A stretch of 51,348 bases of DNA from Polymyxa betae A26-41 (lineage: Eukaryota > Protista > Endomyxa: Phytomyxea), in contig RBZT01000997.1 of the NCBI GenBank assembly GCA_003693705.1, positions 1-51,348 of the forward strand. Direction: 5' to 3'. The number at the start of each line of letters is the position of its first letter. Positions within the stretch are counted from its first letter, which is position 1. Positions 1-14,229 of the stretch are shown piece after piece. Both the position numbers and the translations under genes were made by a program. The notes under the pieces were generated by a model. That model was not told the origin of the DNA, searched no databases, and saw nothing but the letters and a program-made list of their open reading frames with translations.

Positions 1-25
1 GGTATGGGTGGTATTCAAGTGACCT

Positions 26-489
26 GACATCGAGGATTGGATTTCTGAACACAACGCAAAATCAAAGGGCAAAATCCTCGTTCGATTCATTTCTGAGGGT
101 ATGGCATCAGTAATGCAGGTATGGCAACGAAGCGTTTTGAATGTATCTCCTAACTAAAATTGGATTAGGTATGTGACGTTGCTCTAAACCGCTGCCTCAA
201 AGAACAAATCCGACGTGAGTATGATGACCTTCGTTGGACGCGAATTAGATCTGTTCCTGTTGGTGCCAAATTCACGGTTACCCGTGAAGAGCTAATTTCA
301 ATTATTGAGAATGTTTTCGCAGCTTACAATGCAGAGCATATTAAGCGCCGAACAATAGCGAATGCGTTCGCAAAATGTGGGCAAGATCCCTTTTTATCAG
401 AGGATGAAGCGGAGAAGCGGTTGAAGAAGCATTTATCTTCTTTGGATGAATGTTCTTTCTATGCTAACTTGGGTTCTCTTCAACTATAA
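26..489 (+). mobile_element. 3' part of a pogo/Tc5-like DDE_1 transposase, intron-containing, probably degenerate
   Basis: Splicing 119-168 (GT..CTAAC..AG) gives FISEGMASVMQ|VCDVALNRCLKEQIRR...IANAFAKCGQDPF. This matches the pogo IPxGxTSxLQPLDVxxNxPFK and IxxxFxKCG motifs. Stop is TAA at 487-489, and an in-frame TGA lies at 20-22. Confidence 0.75.
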
Positions 490-2438
490 ACAGTTTGATT
501 AAGTTTTATTGATAAACACGTTTTCGCTACCCGTCGCAGAGTCAGACTCGTTGCTATATATAGCTATCCAACCACAGTGACAACGCATCAAAACACCCAG
601 TTACAGACAGACCAGGCCGCCAGGGTGACATCGAAAGTCTTGCAGAGACCAAAACGGAAACTCAGGTTAGATATAACTAGGTCTACGGTACGCTATTTTT
701 TGGGAAAATCAGAAGTTTTAAGTAATTTTTAATAAATCAGATACAGAGTGAAAGAAACAAATCCAGGGTTAGGGTTTGACCCTGGTTCGAATATCAGTTC
801 ATGACAGAAAGCAACCGTGTTAAACCGGGTGGTGAAAGATGTGACTGATCTATAACAACGATCGGATTCCGTTGATCGCCATTACACTGGTTGCCGATTT
901 CCTTTCAGGACGTTTCCTTCTTCTGGTTATCCCCAGTGATTGGGTCATGGAAAACCGACATACATGCGCTACAAAGAGGCTGATCTTTTCATTCAATGTA
1001 AAACCACTGACCCGCTTCTTGCTGACGACAGCAGGAATTTCGCTGGGAACTGAGGCACATGTTAAACTGCGTTTATAACACACACCGCTGTACTTGCTCG
1101 GCCCGAAAGTCGCGGAAGCTGGGCGAATTGGCCTACAGTTTTGGTGTAAAGTTGCGCGGGGCTGCGGACTTGCAGAAAATTTGCGAACTGCTTGGCCCAT
1201 AGAAAAACGTTTGTCAAACAGTTTCGCCCAATTTCATCGACGACTTCACTGCTCAATGGACGTTTGCGATGATTTTCTGCTGAATCACCTGGCTTTTTTG
1301 AAGAAAACATCAAGCCAAAGTCAGATGCGACTCAGAGCAACGTCAAAGAAACTGTGACTGACCGAAAAGGGAGTTTTAGAAAGCTGGTCGATGCCCATAA
1401 GTTGAGCTTCCTCATGTAGTGTCATGCGCGACATTCCGCTGCTTGTAGCAAGGGCGAAGTTAAATGCACTCAGCTGATACCAAAGAAACTATAGCCAATA
1501 GTACTGTTGAAATCATTCCTAATTTAAATCGCTGGGTTGGGCATATTTACGGGCATGTTGTCAATGAAAGATTTATGCTGAGTAACACGGCATTCGGGTC
1601 GACATATCGTGATCATCATACAGCCATTCTTCATCAGCGAAAAGTCTTTAGTTACTGAAGTCGCTGTACAAACGGCCTCAGAAGCCCTTTTTTCGGCAAC
1701 AAAGAGAGTCCACAAATCCTCATCAGAATAAAGTTCGAAATCACTCATAGCATAGCTGTCGAAATCAGATCAGGAATTGTTTATTTCAGCTGCAGGAACT
1801 ACTCTCACGGAATCCGCTGAAAAGATGGGAGAACTCACTCATAATTCCGAAACTTTACGGAAATACCGGTAGGTTAAATTTTGTAGCTCGCAAGGAGCCT
1901 TGCGAGCCATATCTACGAAGCGCGGGTGAAAAGAAGGGTTACTTAACGGATTTGTTCAATAAGTTCTTAAAGATCTGTAAAATGGGTCCTTATAATTCTG
2001 GGAAATTCCCGAAAAGTGACTCTATAATGCTGGGTAAATTGTTCAATAAGGCTGACGTCTGCGATGACAGCAGAATTTTAACATCAAATCATAGACCGCA
2101 GCCACTCTCTGAGGAAATCCAATGGATGCAATGTCGTTTGCCAGCTCACAAGCCCTTGTGACGCTTAAATAAAACTGGTCAACTTTGTAATCGACTATTC
2201 GCTGTCCTAAGAGAATACTTAGCTGCATCTTCGGTCGATGATTATTCGTTTATCTGTGGAATGCGATATCTTAGTCTTAATCAGCTCCTGTACTACTCTG
2301 AGCAATAGTTATCATCTGATTTCCTGAATCTGCTCATGTTCCGAGTTATATGTCCTGGAGGTTGTTTAGTGATATTACGTTACATAGATATATTGTATGT
2401 GCATGTTATATCACTATACATGTTGAAGTATCAGATCA

Positions 2439-5400
2439 ATGACGAGTGATCTAGCAGCATGTCTAGCACGACTAGCAGCTGAGCTTGCTTCTGATTCTAT
2501 ACAGTTATCAGCTGCCTCTCCCACCTCGTCACGATCCACATGGCGCTCGCTCACAACCCGAACTCGCTCCTCTACCGACCCGCCAACCTTGTCGCTCTCG
2601 GTCGAGCGACGCTTGCAACGATTCACGACCCTTGACGAATTTCGTCGTGCATTACTGAATGCATCTAGCCACGACATCCATCAAATTCAAGAAGTGGCCA
2701 TTAACACAATCATGACGAACGCCTTCGTCTTAGGCGATACATTAGCCTTCCGTGCGGGTATCGCCCAATGTTTCGTACTCTTATTGTCTCGTTCTGAAGC
2801 TCGATTTACCGATGATGCTCTTGGTCGAATGCTGGATTCTATTGGTAGTAGTGCATCAAACCCTATACAGGCTCTACCAGTTTATATCTCTACAACATTA
2901 GAATGTATCAATCAAATCTCTAAACAGTATCCATCTCGGATATCCCCATTCTATTCACTACTAACAAAAGCTGTAAAACGATTGGTGAAATCTGCCAATG
3001 CCAATGTCCGAGTAAGTGCTCTACAGTGCTTATATAATGCATTACCAAGCGATACCTTAACTTCCGATCTGGCCAAAATCATCGCTAAAGCTATTACTGA
3101 TAGATCCAGCGAAGTTCGGGCTGCAGCTGCTGCTTGTATACCAAAACTCCCAAATCCCATTGCTACATTAATTCAGCTATTGGACGACCCAGAACCAGAA
3201 GTCCAACAAGCAGCTGTGAATGCATTCTCAGACGTGACCTTAACCTATGATACGGCTATAAGCAAGTTAATGCCATTAAAACCACTGTTAGAAAAAGGCA
3301 GATCCAACACGATTAACGCTTTAATTCAATCTTTAAACAAGATCTCGGTGCCTGGTCAGGCATCAACATTCGCAAATGAACTTCTGATACAGTTGCTTGA
3401 ACCAACTGATATCAATTCAGCTCATATTTCATCTACTATTTTAACCAGAGTATGTCTTCCAATAATTTATCAAATTTCTTATGTTTCGTTTCTTTATAGG
3501 GACTGCTCTTACATTCCGATTCTTTGACACGATCTAACGTGTTGAAATCGCTTTTGCAATTGGCCGGTCAGAAAGCAGTGACACCCTGGATCTTGTCGTC
3601 CTGTCTCGATGCTGCTTTTGCCGCAATTCAACTATTAGGTGGTGAACTAACGTCGGATTTAGAAGACAGTCTATTGGAATTATTACTATCAGCTCTGTCA
3701 AATCCCATCGCACATATTCGGTTACAAAGCGCATCGACATTACAGCAGTTGGCAAAAAATCGCCCATCTCAGACCACTATCATACTTCGAATACTGCAGA
3801 ATGTGGCCGCGATTCACATTGCAGAAACCACTATATCTGTTCATGATACTCGGGATATGGGTACAGCTTTGACATCAATGCATGGACATTGTCATGCGTT
3901 AGCAGCTCTAACCAGTATCGTTAACAGTATAGATTCTGGTATTCCTGATGCCATTATCAGCGACCTGTTCAAAACTGCTACTAACCTGGCCGCCTCATAT
4001 AAAGGTGATGTGCGTATTAACCCAGCCCTAACCATGGTTTGTGCTGAATCTGCCTGTAAGTACTGGGTTCCATGAATCTATATACTGCTCTAAATGTATT
4101 CAGGGGTATTAATTGATGCTTTACTCCTTCAAGGCGTAAATTCCAGTCAGCTATGTGAAACATTGTTCCCGTTATGGAAGGCCTACTTGAAGACAGATCG
4201 TGAGGCACATAGCTTCGCTCAGACAGTGGCAATCGCCAGTTCCAATGCAACAGCGATTATCACTCATGCTGTGGCGGCAATTCACATTAGACGTTGGGCA
4301 TTAACTGCACTGCGAACATTGGTGAAGTGTGCCGGATCGGTGACATTGGAAGATCGAACACAGGTTTTTAAACCGATTGCTGCAATTTTAAACGAAGCCA
4401 TGATAGTTGCTGAAGCCGTTAAATCGGTTCGCGATTCTGCACTTGATGATGTGCTGATCCACACGGAATTTCAGGCTTTCAAGGCGATATTATTGGATGT
4501 GTTTGCATGCCTGCCAGTGAATATGTTCCAATCTAGACATATTCCATTATTACATCTGTGTGTATCAGAATTTACATGGAGATATGCGCCGATCAGTCGC
4601 AAATTGGAAACGAATCTCAGTACAACCGATTATGTTCTCGGTATAGATCGTGATGAGATCATCTTTGGGGAGTATTTCATTGGACCAAACGCTCAATCCC
4701 AACCGTCTCTGTGCTCATTAAGCAACGATGATGCTGTATGGAGCAATTCCTTCGATGAGCTCCTCCCTAAATACCGTTTTCTTCATCGGTTCGCTCTTTT
4801 TCCTTCAGCACAGCGTGCAGTCGATGCATCAATACGAACATTCGCATCAATTTTCAAACTTCAGCAGCCCCAGCATCAAATTCAGCTCCTGACGCACTTC
4901 CACTCGATTCAGTCACAGCTTGAAGATCCTCAACAAGTCAGTAGCTAATTGAATTTCACTCTTATTTTACTGACACAGTGGTTTAGGTTACAAATCCAGT
5001 TTATAACATCACAGCTGCATTACTCTGTACATTACAGAACCTCGTTCGCTCACATCATGTTTCCGCCGATATCGCGGTTCGTAGTGTTCTCGTCACTCTT
5101 CTAAAATCATTGAGCAACTCCCCTTGCGGACTTGGTAATCTTCCAACCGCATGCCTTTGTCTTTGCTAATTCAAAACTGTTTCTCTAGTGCGGCGAGGTG
5201 CCTGTGAATGCCTCGGGTTACTATGTCGTCTGGAAGACTCGACATTCACATCGGAAATGATGAACGATCAACGTCAGGTCCTTCAATCGAACACGCAGCA
5301 ATCAGCATTATCTGTAACCAGCTCTATCTTTACTATGGTCAATATACATCGTCATGTTGGTGTTATTGGTACGATTCAGTATCTACCCTTTACTATCATG

Positions 5401-8070
5401 GCGTTACAAACTTTATTTGAGCACACTGTTGAGCCCTTGCGAACCTATGTCCTACACTCCTTATGGTGTTTAGTTGATATCTCTGGGACTAATTTCTCCC
5501 CATATGCCCGGTCAAGTCTTGATCTCGTCCTTTTACAAATTCTCTCTGATCAACAGAATATCCCGAAATCTCTGAACAAGATTATCGCTCGACTGATTCG
5601 ATCACTATTGGAGATTCTTGGCCCTGAGTTAAACCAGGACCCTGGACCATTACGCAAATGTGAATGGCTTTGGCGCAGCAGTGCTGCAGATGCAGCCAGC
5701 GAATCTGTTGAAGCCATACAACAGTTCATATTCTGGTCCACTGAATCAGTCAACAATCTTCATCTCATCTCCAAACTGAAATCGTACCTACAGAGCCCAT
5801 CCGATTCTGATGTTATACTCGCCCTAGTTTCATGCATCAAACAGATCGGTATGAAGGATTACAATTTGGTGATTGAGCATGGATTTGATATCGGTCTACT
5901 GAACTTATTGGATTGTGAGACCGATCCAAATATTCAGAAGCACATCAGCAATGCTCTAGAGACGATCGTAATTGTATCCAACGCCCCAGATCGTTGGCTC
6001 GATTTTGCCAAAGTGGTCTTAGTTAACGGTCGTCTTCCATTAGTCCAACCAACGCAAGCCGAATTGCCTGCAGATTCTCTCAATGAACCTGGTGGCCAAG
6101 TGTCACCGGTCAGCTGGCGGACCATAGCCTGTGTCACGTCTTGTTTAGTGCTACTAATCGATTCATCCAATGACTTCGTCAAACGTGTACGTGACGTGGT
6201 GAATCTCGTATGTCGTGCTGTCGGCTCAACAGACGACGCCATTCGCGCCGCCGGATTGCACGGTCTTGGCGCTGTTCTACGCAAGTACTCTGCCTTGCGG
6301 GATCCGGTCAGTCCAGAAGATAGCCTGCTACAATGGGATCTACCCCAGATTAAGGCAGCAATACGTTCAGCAATGGTTATGGAATCCAGTCCAAGTGTTA
6401 AAGAACCAGCCTCTGTATCGTGTGCAGAACTTCTCATCTCCGATCTCATGTCCAACGATGACGTCGCAACAAGACGATTTCTTGATCTATTATCAGGCCC
6501 GCTTTCTAATATGGGTCAGCAGCTTATATCTAATTTCTCCAATCGTGTCGTCTTCTATATTCTTTGTTCGCATCTTGCAGCTCTCAGTCGTGTTGTACTA
6601 GCTCGAACACTTCGTGACCAGGACCTGATGGCAAGGTTAAGGCGGCTATTGATTGCCGTGCTGCAAGATCGCTTAATCATCTGTGGTATTCACGATATTC
6701 GGTCATGCACATCGCGACTATTTTCTCCTGTGTTCCTGTCTCGTAATATGTACGAACGTGATTGGGCTCTATATATGCGCTGTCTGTCCAAAATCTCGGG
6801 AGGTGATCATGTCGCGATTCGGACTGTGATCGGTGTGGTGCTGCAGTATCAAAATATGTACCTGGAAACTGTATCAAATCAAGACTCCGAGCATGAACCT
6901 GAAATGATTGCTGAGTGGGGACTACAGTCTATTTCGGCCATCTATACATCAGACTCGTGCATTGACGTCAATTTTACATCTCATATTCTCTCAAGTCTCT
7001 CTGTAATCTCCGAGACCTGCAGTCTTAATCGTCTACTTGATGTTGTTACCGGTACAATCTCTATCGTTAAATCTTTGCAACGATGTCTTAACATCCCTGA
7101 TACTGTCTCCGGATCGTTACGGAAGATTGTTCGGCTTGCATTCATTCGATGTCTCGGAAGTTCTGTAGTTAATGTCGATCTTTTAAATTCCTGTCTGGAT
7201 CTTGTACAAAGTTGCATTTCAAACCAATCGCTATGTCCACAAGATGTACACACAATCTCAACTTGGGCCAAATACTCCATGCAATCCATTCACAAGTCAT
7301 CTAAGTCATCGTACATCCTTCACTCAATAATCGATTTTTGTGTTGCCAAATCCGAACCAGGTTTCGATCAGATTATTGAAGCGATAAATATGGACTCGTT
7401 CCAGGTAATTGATAATGAGGATATCTATGATCCGAATAACAGAACAGCTACAACATCTATAATTGAGACCTTATTATGTACTGTCTGTACGAGAAAATCG
7501 TTCCAGTTGGAGATGATCAATTTCATTATTAATTGTTTGAGATCTGATCCGACATCGATACGATTTACTCGAGGTCTTCGGCTTGCTGAAGGGATGCTGA
7601 AGTATCCAGATTCGCGATTCCAATATGTGCTGCTGTCTATCGCCCCCATACTAATTCAGGTCACGAGTTCTTATCAGACCGCTCTGTCCATGTCTCTGAT
7701 TGCTGCAATTACAATAATGATTGAGCAGATTTCGATTCAACCTGGAAGATTCTTATCAACTGTTATTATTCCGTTCTATCTAAAATTAGATCATCCCGAT
7801 ACTCAATCATATGTGACATTATTTGTCAGTGTTATTGGAAGTCATGTTCGAGATGCAGTCCAGTCTTTATCGTCTGAAGATAAAATCGTATTTCAACGTT
7901 GTTTGGAGAGATCATCAGCAGCAAGATCAACGCTAACCACTACAACTGCAAGCAGTCTATCTGTTCAATCAGCTGATAAGAAATCCACAAAGAAATCCAA
8001 AGTTAAAAAGGTCAAACCTGTTGAAAGCAACATGGAACAAGTTCCCGCTTTCAGTTGGAATGATGAATAA
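2439..8070 (+). CDS. HEATR5: HEAT repeat-containing protein 5 (Laa1/SWEETIE family, AP-1 accessory factor), ~5 exons
   Basis: Long HEAT-like ORFs joined by ~50-nt introns (e.g. 3450-3499). Family-like motifs RRGACECLGLLCRL, IHRHVG, VLHSLWCLVDISG and LGPEL. Confidence 0.85.
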
Positions 8071-8212
8071 GGTTGCCTTTCATGATAATTTGAGTTGCAT
8101 GAAGTGCAGTAACGATATGATATTTAAGATGGTTGAAATACATTAAGCCTTTGTTATCTCAATATATAGTACTATTACAGTGTTTTAGGGACATCGGACT
8201 GCGCTGTATGCC

Positions 8213-8903
8213 ATGAACGGGACCAATGCCGACAGTATGGCACTGCCCCAACAACACAACGGCCAAGATTTCCACGATAGAAATGGGGAGAGCCGAGCCC
8301 GGATCGAACAAGATCTAGATGTGATAATGTCCCTGTTTAATGGCAATGAACCTCTGTATTGCCTCTGGTTTGTATCCATGTCACTCATGTACATCTAATA
8401 TACTGATTTTATACAATTAGTTCAGGACCATATATGACATCTATGATTCCATGTCATACATGCTGTAATCATTACCATACAGCTTGTCTAGATAGATATC
8501 AATGTCAATATACGCAACGTCCATTTATATGCCCATTATGTAATCAATCGCTTACTGCTAAACAAGTCGCTATTCTTGATGAGAGACTATATCGAGAAGC
8601 ACGTATGATTTCATGTTATACTTGATACATCCATCTTAACGTTGTTCAGAGGCAAGGACACGAGCATCAAAGAAATCCAGATCGTCATTACGTCCTTCTG
8701 ATATCTACGTTGACAGGTACGCCCATAACATAGGCTTTTACATTCTTATAAACATTATATTAATATGAATCATCAGTGATGATATCATACTTAATGATGA
8801 TATTGTCCCTATTCAACCAACTAAACCAAGACCTGCCTCTGCTACCACCAAGAAACCGAAATCTAAAAAGCCGACGATCGGTAATAAGGAAAAAAGCTCT
8901 TGA
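8213..8903 (+). CDS. Small PHD-finger protein, ~4 exons
   Basis: The spliced product reads EPLYCLCSGPYMTSMIPCHTCCNHYHTACL...FICPLC, a C4HC3 PHD pattern, followed by a basic C-terminus. Confidence 0.75.
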
Positions 8904-9064
8904 TATGAACCTGGTATACATTTCCCCATTGATTTATTTATTTGTAAAGTTGTAAAGTAATTGATTGCACTTGTTGGTCTGTGGTGTCTATATTTCTGGC
9001 TCTGAGACAGGACGTCATGCTGCTTGTGTCAGTGTCTCTATGCTTATATTCATTTGTATGCATC

Positions 9065-12000
9065 ATGTATATATATCTAAGTAAGAAAATCGGTATTAGT
9101 GCAGCAGGCCAGATCTATTCAGTATCATGGAATCAATGTCATGGCTGGATAGCATGTGCTGCTACTAATGGTCAAGTTAAAGTTCTACATATACAAGCAC
9201 ATCAGCAATCTAATAGCGGTCATGCTAACAATGTAGCTATGAATCAGACCCTTCAGGGACATCGAGGTAATTTACCAATAAATTCATATGCTTATGTTTA
9301 ATGGACGCTGTTGGTAGGCAATGTAATTCAGACTATCTGGAACCATACGTATGATAAGCTAACAACCACAGATCAATATGGCATGATCATTGTGTGGATT
9401 CTACAAGATGGTGTATGGCATGAAGAGATGATTAATAATCGTAATCAGAGTGTAGTGAGAGATATGTCATGGTCTAGTGATGGACAACAGATCTGTATTA
9501 TATATGATGATGGAGCTGTTATAGTCGGTAGTGTTGATGGTAATAGACTCTGGGGTAAAGAGTTTAATAATCATCTATCTGCTGTAGCATGGTCTCCTGA
9601 ATCGAAATCTATCTTGTTCGGCACTAATCAGGGTCGAGTTCAGATACATTCAGCATCTGGGCAATATCTGTCTGATCTCCAGATCTTGTCATTAGATAAT
9701 AGCTGCATAACACGTATTCAATGGTATGATGGTTCACGAGGACATGTATCAAGTCATACATGTCAATTAGCCATTGGATTTAGTTCTGGTCATATTCAGT
9801 TAATGAAGAATACATCAGATCCAGCTCCTATTCTATTCCATACTCAATTACAAACTATACAATCTATGTCATGGTCTACTAATGGACATTATCTAGCAGT
9901 AGCTGGTCCTGCTGCATCTACTGATCATTCACCACTTGTAATCCTATATAATTCTCATGCTCAGGTACGTAAAAACTTCGCCTTTCACATATCTGGTTTT
10001 GATTAAAAATTTGGCCTTTCTTGATCTTTTGCGCTTTCTGGTTTCCATGGTTCATTGCTGATGATAAATATCCTGATCTCATCCAATTTCTCAACTTAGT
10101 TATTACGACAATTACCTATACCAGGCCAATCATTACAATCATTGTGTTGGGATAAGACATCTCTATATCTATGTGTTGCTGTGGATTCCTTTCTATACCT
10201 TGGGGCAGTACGACCCCGATATCGACGTCTACATCTGCCGGATCATACATTTGTTTACGTATTCCAGCGTGCTGATCGTCCTGAGCAATGTTTGATGTTC
10301 TGGGATTCCAATCTCAATGAACGTCATGTGAAATATATCTCTGATTTATTGAATATATCATCAGCAGGTAGATATTGTGTATTATCTACTAGCAGTGATG
10401 ATGATGATATGCCTAATGCATATGTCTATATTATCTGTTCTACTATTGGCTCAGCTATACATTCGCGATATTCGATGATAGAGCCCAAGCACCTATCTAT
10501 GACATCTCAATGTGTTATATCTGCTAATCAATCATGTATTTATTGTTGGACATATGATAGTAATGAATGTGATCCTAATCCTAGCTATACATCAGCATCT
10601 GCAGGTTCAGTATATTCGAATATCAAATCCCAATCACTAACTGTGTATATCTTGTATACAGATGAACGTATACTTCATATAGATGATCCATATCACACAT
10701 CTGCATCAATCTATACATTGAAGCGCTCCAACTCGAAAGTGAATAAACCATCTCAAGATCCGATCCAATGTATAACTGCCCGAGATGTAAACCTGTTTGA
10801 GACCGGCTTCCTGTCCCTTTATAATAATCGATGTCTTAGGATGTACTGTTAGTATCTAGACAATCTGGTCTCATACATAAATATTCACTTCCGTACTTAC
10901 AGTTTGTGCAGAAGTAAATAAATGTGCCTACAAATGCATCCGTTAACTGATTTATATGCAGATTCAATATTGGCATGCAGATTCAGGAGATGAAGTTAAA
11001 CTGTACCTGTACACGTCTGGCTATGATAGATATGGCATCAAATATGCTTTTGTTTGACATCGACAAGATTGGTGATCAAGTGTTAGATACAGATATGCAT
11101 CGTCGTAAAGACGTATGGGATATATACTGGGCTGATGATAATCCGGATCTGTTGGCATTTATGGAGAAGAGCAGAATATATATTTATAGAGGAAAGCAGG
11201 CTGAAGAGCCTATGTCATCACAGGCATATCTTGCTAGATTTAATGATCTAGTATTAACATGTATATCATTGGATGATATACAGCAAGATCCACATAATCC
11301 ACAAACTACACATCTTATACAATATGATACGAAATCATTACGAGATACTCGAATATTGCTGGAGACCGTTCCCGCCAATGAAGTATGTTCATCCAGGTCT
11401 TTTGAGGTCCGTTATTCTGAGCATTGGGTTTGCTACAGGTTTATCAATTCATATGTGATAATCCACATCCGAGATTATGGAGATTGTTGGCTGAATCAGC
11501 ATTAAACCGATTGGACTTTGTTTATGCTAATAAGGCATTTATTCAGTCGCAGGACTATCAAGTCTGTGATGTTTTTCAATTTCGATTTAATGACGAATCT
11601 GATATAACTACACAGGGCATTCAGCTGGTTAAACGTCTGCAAAAACAAGTTGATAAAAGTCGACAATTAGCCGAGGTCGCAGCACATTTCAAGAGATTTG
11701 AGGAAGCTGAAGAACTATATCTTCGTGAAGGACATCGACATGCTGCCATCGGTCTCCGAATACAACTGGGAGATTGGTTTCGAGTACGAACCAGTCTATG
11801 TTGGCTATGTACATCTCAGTTGTATAGGTTGTACAGCTGCTACAAGTTGAGGGTCCAGGCAATGATGATCTACTTCGACGTGCTGCCGACTCGATCGGCG
11901 ACTATTACGCTGATCGGATGAAATGGGATAAAGCTCTGAAGTACTATCTTCAGGCCAGAAATACGAGTGGGTATTATTGGAGAACTGTGGTTGTTATCTG

Positions 12001-13412
12001 ACCGATCATTATTGATTAATTAGATGCAGCTATAGAAGCTGCATACAATCTCGAGGATTATGGAACATTGCAATCTATACTGTCTGATCTACCATCACAG
12101 TCACCATTATGTGCTCGTATTGCTGAATTATTTGGGTCAGTGGGTCTATGTCCACAATCTGTACAGGCATATCTCAAGTATGGTGATGCTCAAGGTATGT
12201 ATTCACTAACACCAACTCTATTAAACGGGACCTTTCTCATTGGACTGCATTACAGGTGCAATTAATACTTGTATACGACTGAACGAATGGTCTGCTGCAA
12301 TACAATTGGCAGAGAAGCACCAAATGCCAGAGATTGAGACGCTACTGGCTCAGTATGCCCAGCATCTTCTACAGAAGAACGAGCCGTTCCAGGTTGGTGT
12401 GACACTCGTCAGATTCAAATATTGCTGTTGATCTGTATCAGGCTATAGAGCTGTATGTACGTGCACATCGTTATCATGATAGTGCTATGCTGCTGAAACA
12501 ACAACTGGATCCCAGCCATCCTTTGATTGCTAAGAAGTTATTAGTATGCGCTGCATTACAATTAGATCTCGCACGGAAACAGATTGGTAATATGGGAGAT
12601 AAACAAGAACGTGAACAGGTCAGGAATATTGGCGAACTTGGTGATATTCTTTTAAATAGACTGATAGGCCATCACATCACTACTTAATGAAGATATCAAG
12701 TCTCATACGGCGAAGACTACGACAATATCATCATCGAACGAGTCGTCATGGCATCCAGCAGAAGCTTACCATTTCTTAATGATGAGTCAGAGGGCGCTCT
12801 ATGCCAACTCGTTTCATTCGGCAATGATTTCTGCCCTACGCCTCCAAAATTACGAATCTGTATTGAGCCCTAAACTCATCTACTCCACTATTGCCTTGGC
12901 TGCCTTCCATAATGGATTCTATGAGCAATGTAGTAATTCTTTCATGAAATTAGAGATGTTGGAAGGTGTAGATAAGGGTTGGATGTAATTTCATGATCTG
13001 TCACCCAGTTCTCATAATTCTTCATAGCTGAAAGTGATTCTTACCGCATGTTGGCATTTGCAATATTTGGTCCTCACCCGCCTCAGGATCCAGCAACACG
13101 AGAGTTCCGATGTCCGAACCCATCTTGCAGTGCTTTTGTAAACGAATGGTCTGATTCGAAATTATTTGTTAATTATACATCTGAGATTATACAGGAGGGT
13201 ATCATGTCCATCATGTGAAATGAAATTCCCGGGCTGTGTCTCATCAGGACGAAGTATCTTTATGTCTTCATCGACGTACTATTGACTGGATTCTAATCTG
13301 CCCAATTCATTGATTGTGTGTTAGATATACATGTGCATGTTGCGATCATGCGATTCTTGAATCAGAGATGTCGTCATGTACATTCTGCCCATTATGCCAC
13401 GCCGCAAATTAG
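9065..13412 (+). CDS. WDR35: WD repeat protein 35 / IFT121 (IFT-A subunit), multi-exon
   Basis: MYIYLSKKI start, MNQTLQGH, WHEEMINNRNQSVV, GAVIVGSVDGNRLWGKE, NPHPRLWRLLAE, QCSNSFMKLE and C-terminal CPLCH. Confidence 0.95.
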
Positions 13413-13470
13413 AACATAGAAACCGTTTACAAAACGTTGAAGGAAGGAAGTGCGTTTTAGAAAGATAATA

Positions 13471-14043
13471 TTATGGGATATCGCTGTCTTCATATTCAGG
13501 AACGGCAACTGACATTCCCTCAAGTTCTGTAGTCAAGCGGATTTGACAAGCAAGTCGAGTGCTGAATGTAATTATTTCAGTGATACAGCTCAGTACAACT
13601 AGAAAATACTCACTTGTGTTTCCTGTCAACAACTTCTTCTAACAAATCACTTTCTCTCCAGTCAGCTTTCGGTATCTGCTTTTCATTAGCCACAAATTTC
13701 GCCATTACAATTTATTCTTACTCGATTGAGGAATTCGTTGGCGATATCCACATGACAGAAGGTACATTGGGCTCCTTCGCCGAAGTTGTCGACAGAATCG
13801 CCGCCGCCTTGACAGGCACCATCAATTGGAATATCGTTCTTGCGAGCAGCTTCCAGCAACGTGTCACCAACTTGGCATGGGACTGTTACACGATCTCCAT
13901 ACAAATTAGCAAACGTGACAGAGATACTAGGATCTGGAGTCAAATACGTTCTGTCCAGAGGTTACGATATATTACTTTTGATGATTGGATTGCTTAACAG
14001 AACTCGTAGCGAACGTACGTAAGATAGTTCTAAGAGATATCAT
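13471..14043 (-). CDS. Mitochondrial adrenodoxin-like ferredoxin with an insertion in the Cys motif
   Basis: Presequence-like MISLRTILRTFATSS, then GDTLLEAARKNDIPIDGACQGGG...EGAQCTFCHV and TRLACQIRLTTELEGMSVAVP. Confidence 0.85.
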
Positions 14044-14229
14044 TGAAGCAAGAAATGATATAAGAATGATATTATTCTGTGATGGAGATAGAAGAGGGGT
14101 ATCTCTCTATGTGATCTTTCATATGACAATGTGGCTGCGCCTCACAACATCGCTCCTCTCTCTCTCTATTTCAACAAATTAACATCGGAACTCGGTTTAT
14201 TGCAAAATTTCTGAGTAAACCAGTAAATT

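Noticed and set aside
850-2250. Short ORFs on both strands
   Set aside because: No recognisable motifs or consistent splice structure; probably decayed repeat sequence.
9966-10099. Unusually long WDR35 intron as a possible snoRNA host
   Set aside because: The TGATGA and CTGA boxes are too close together; the length is partly explained by a small internal duplication.
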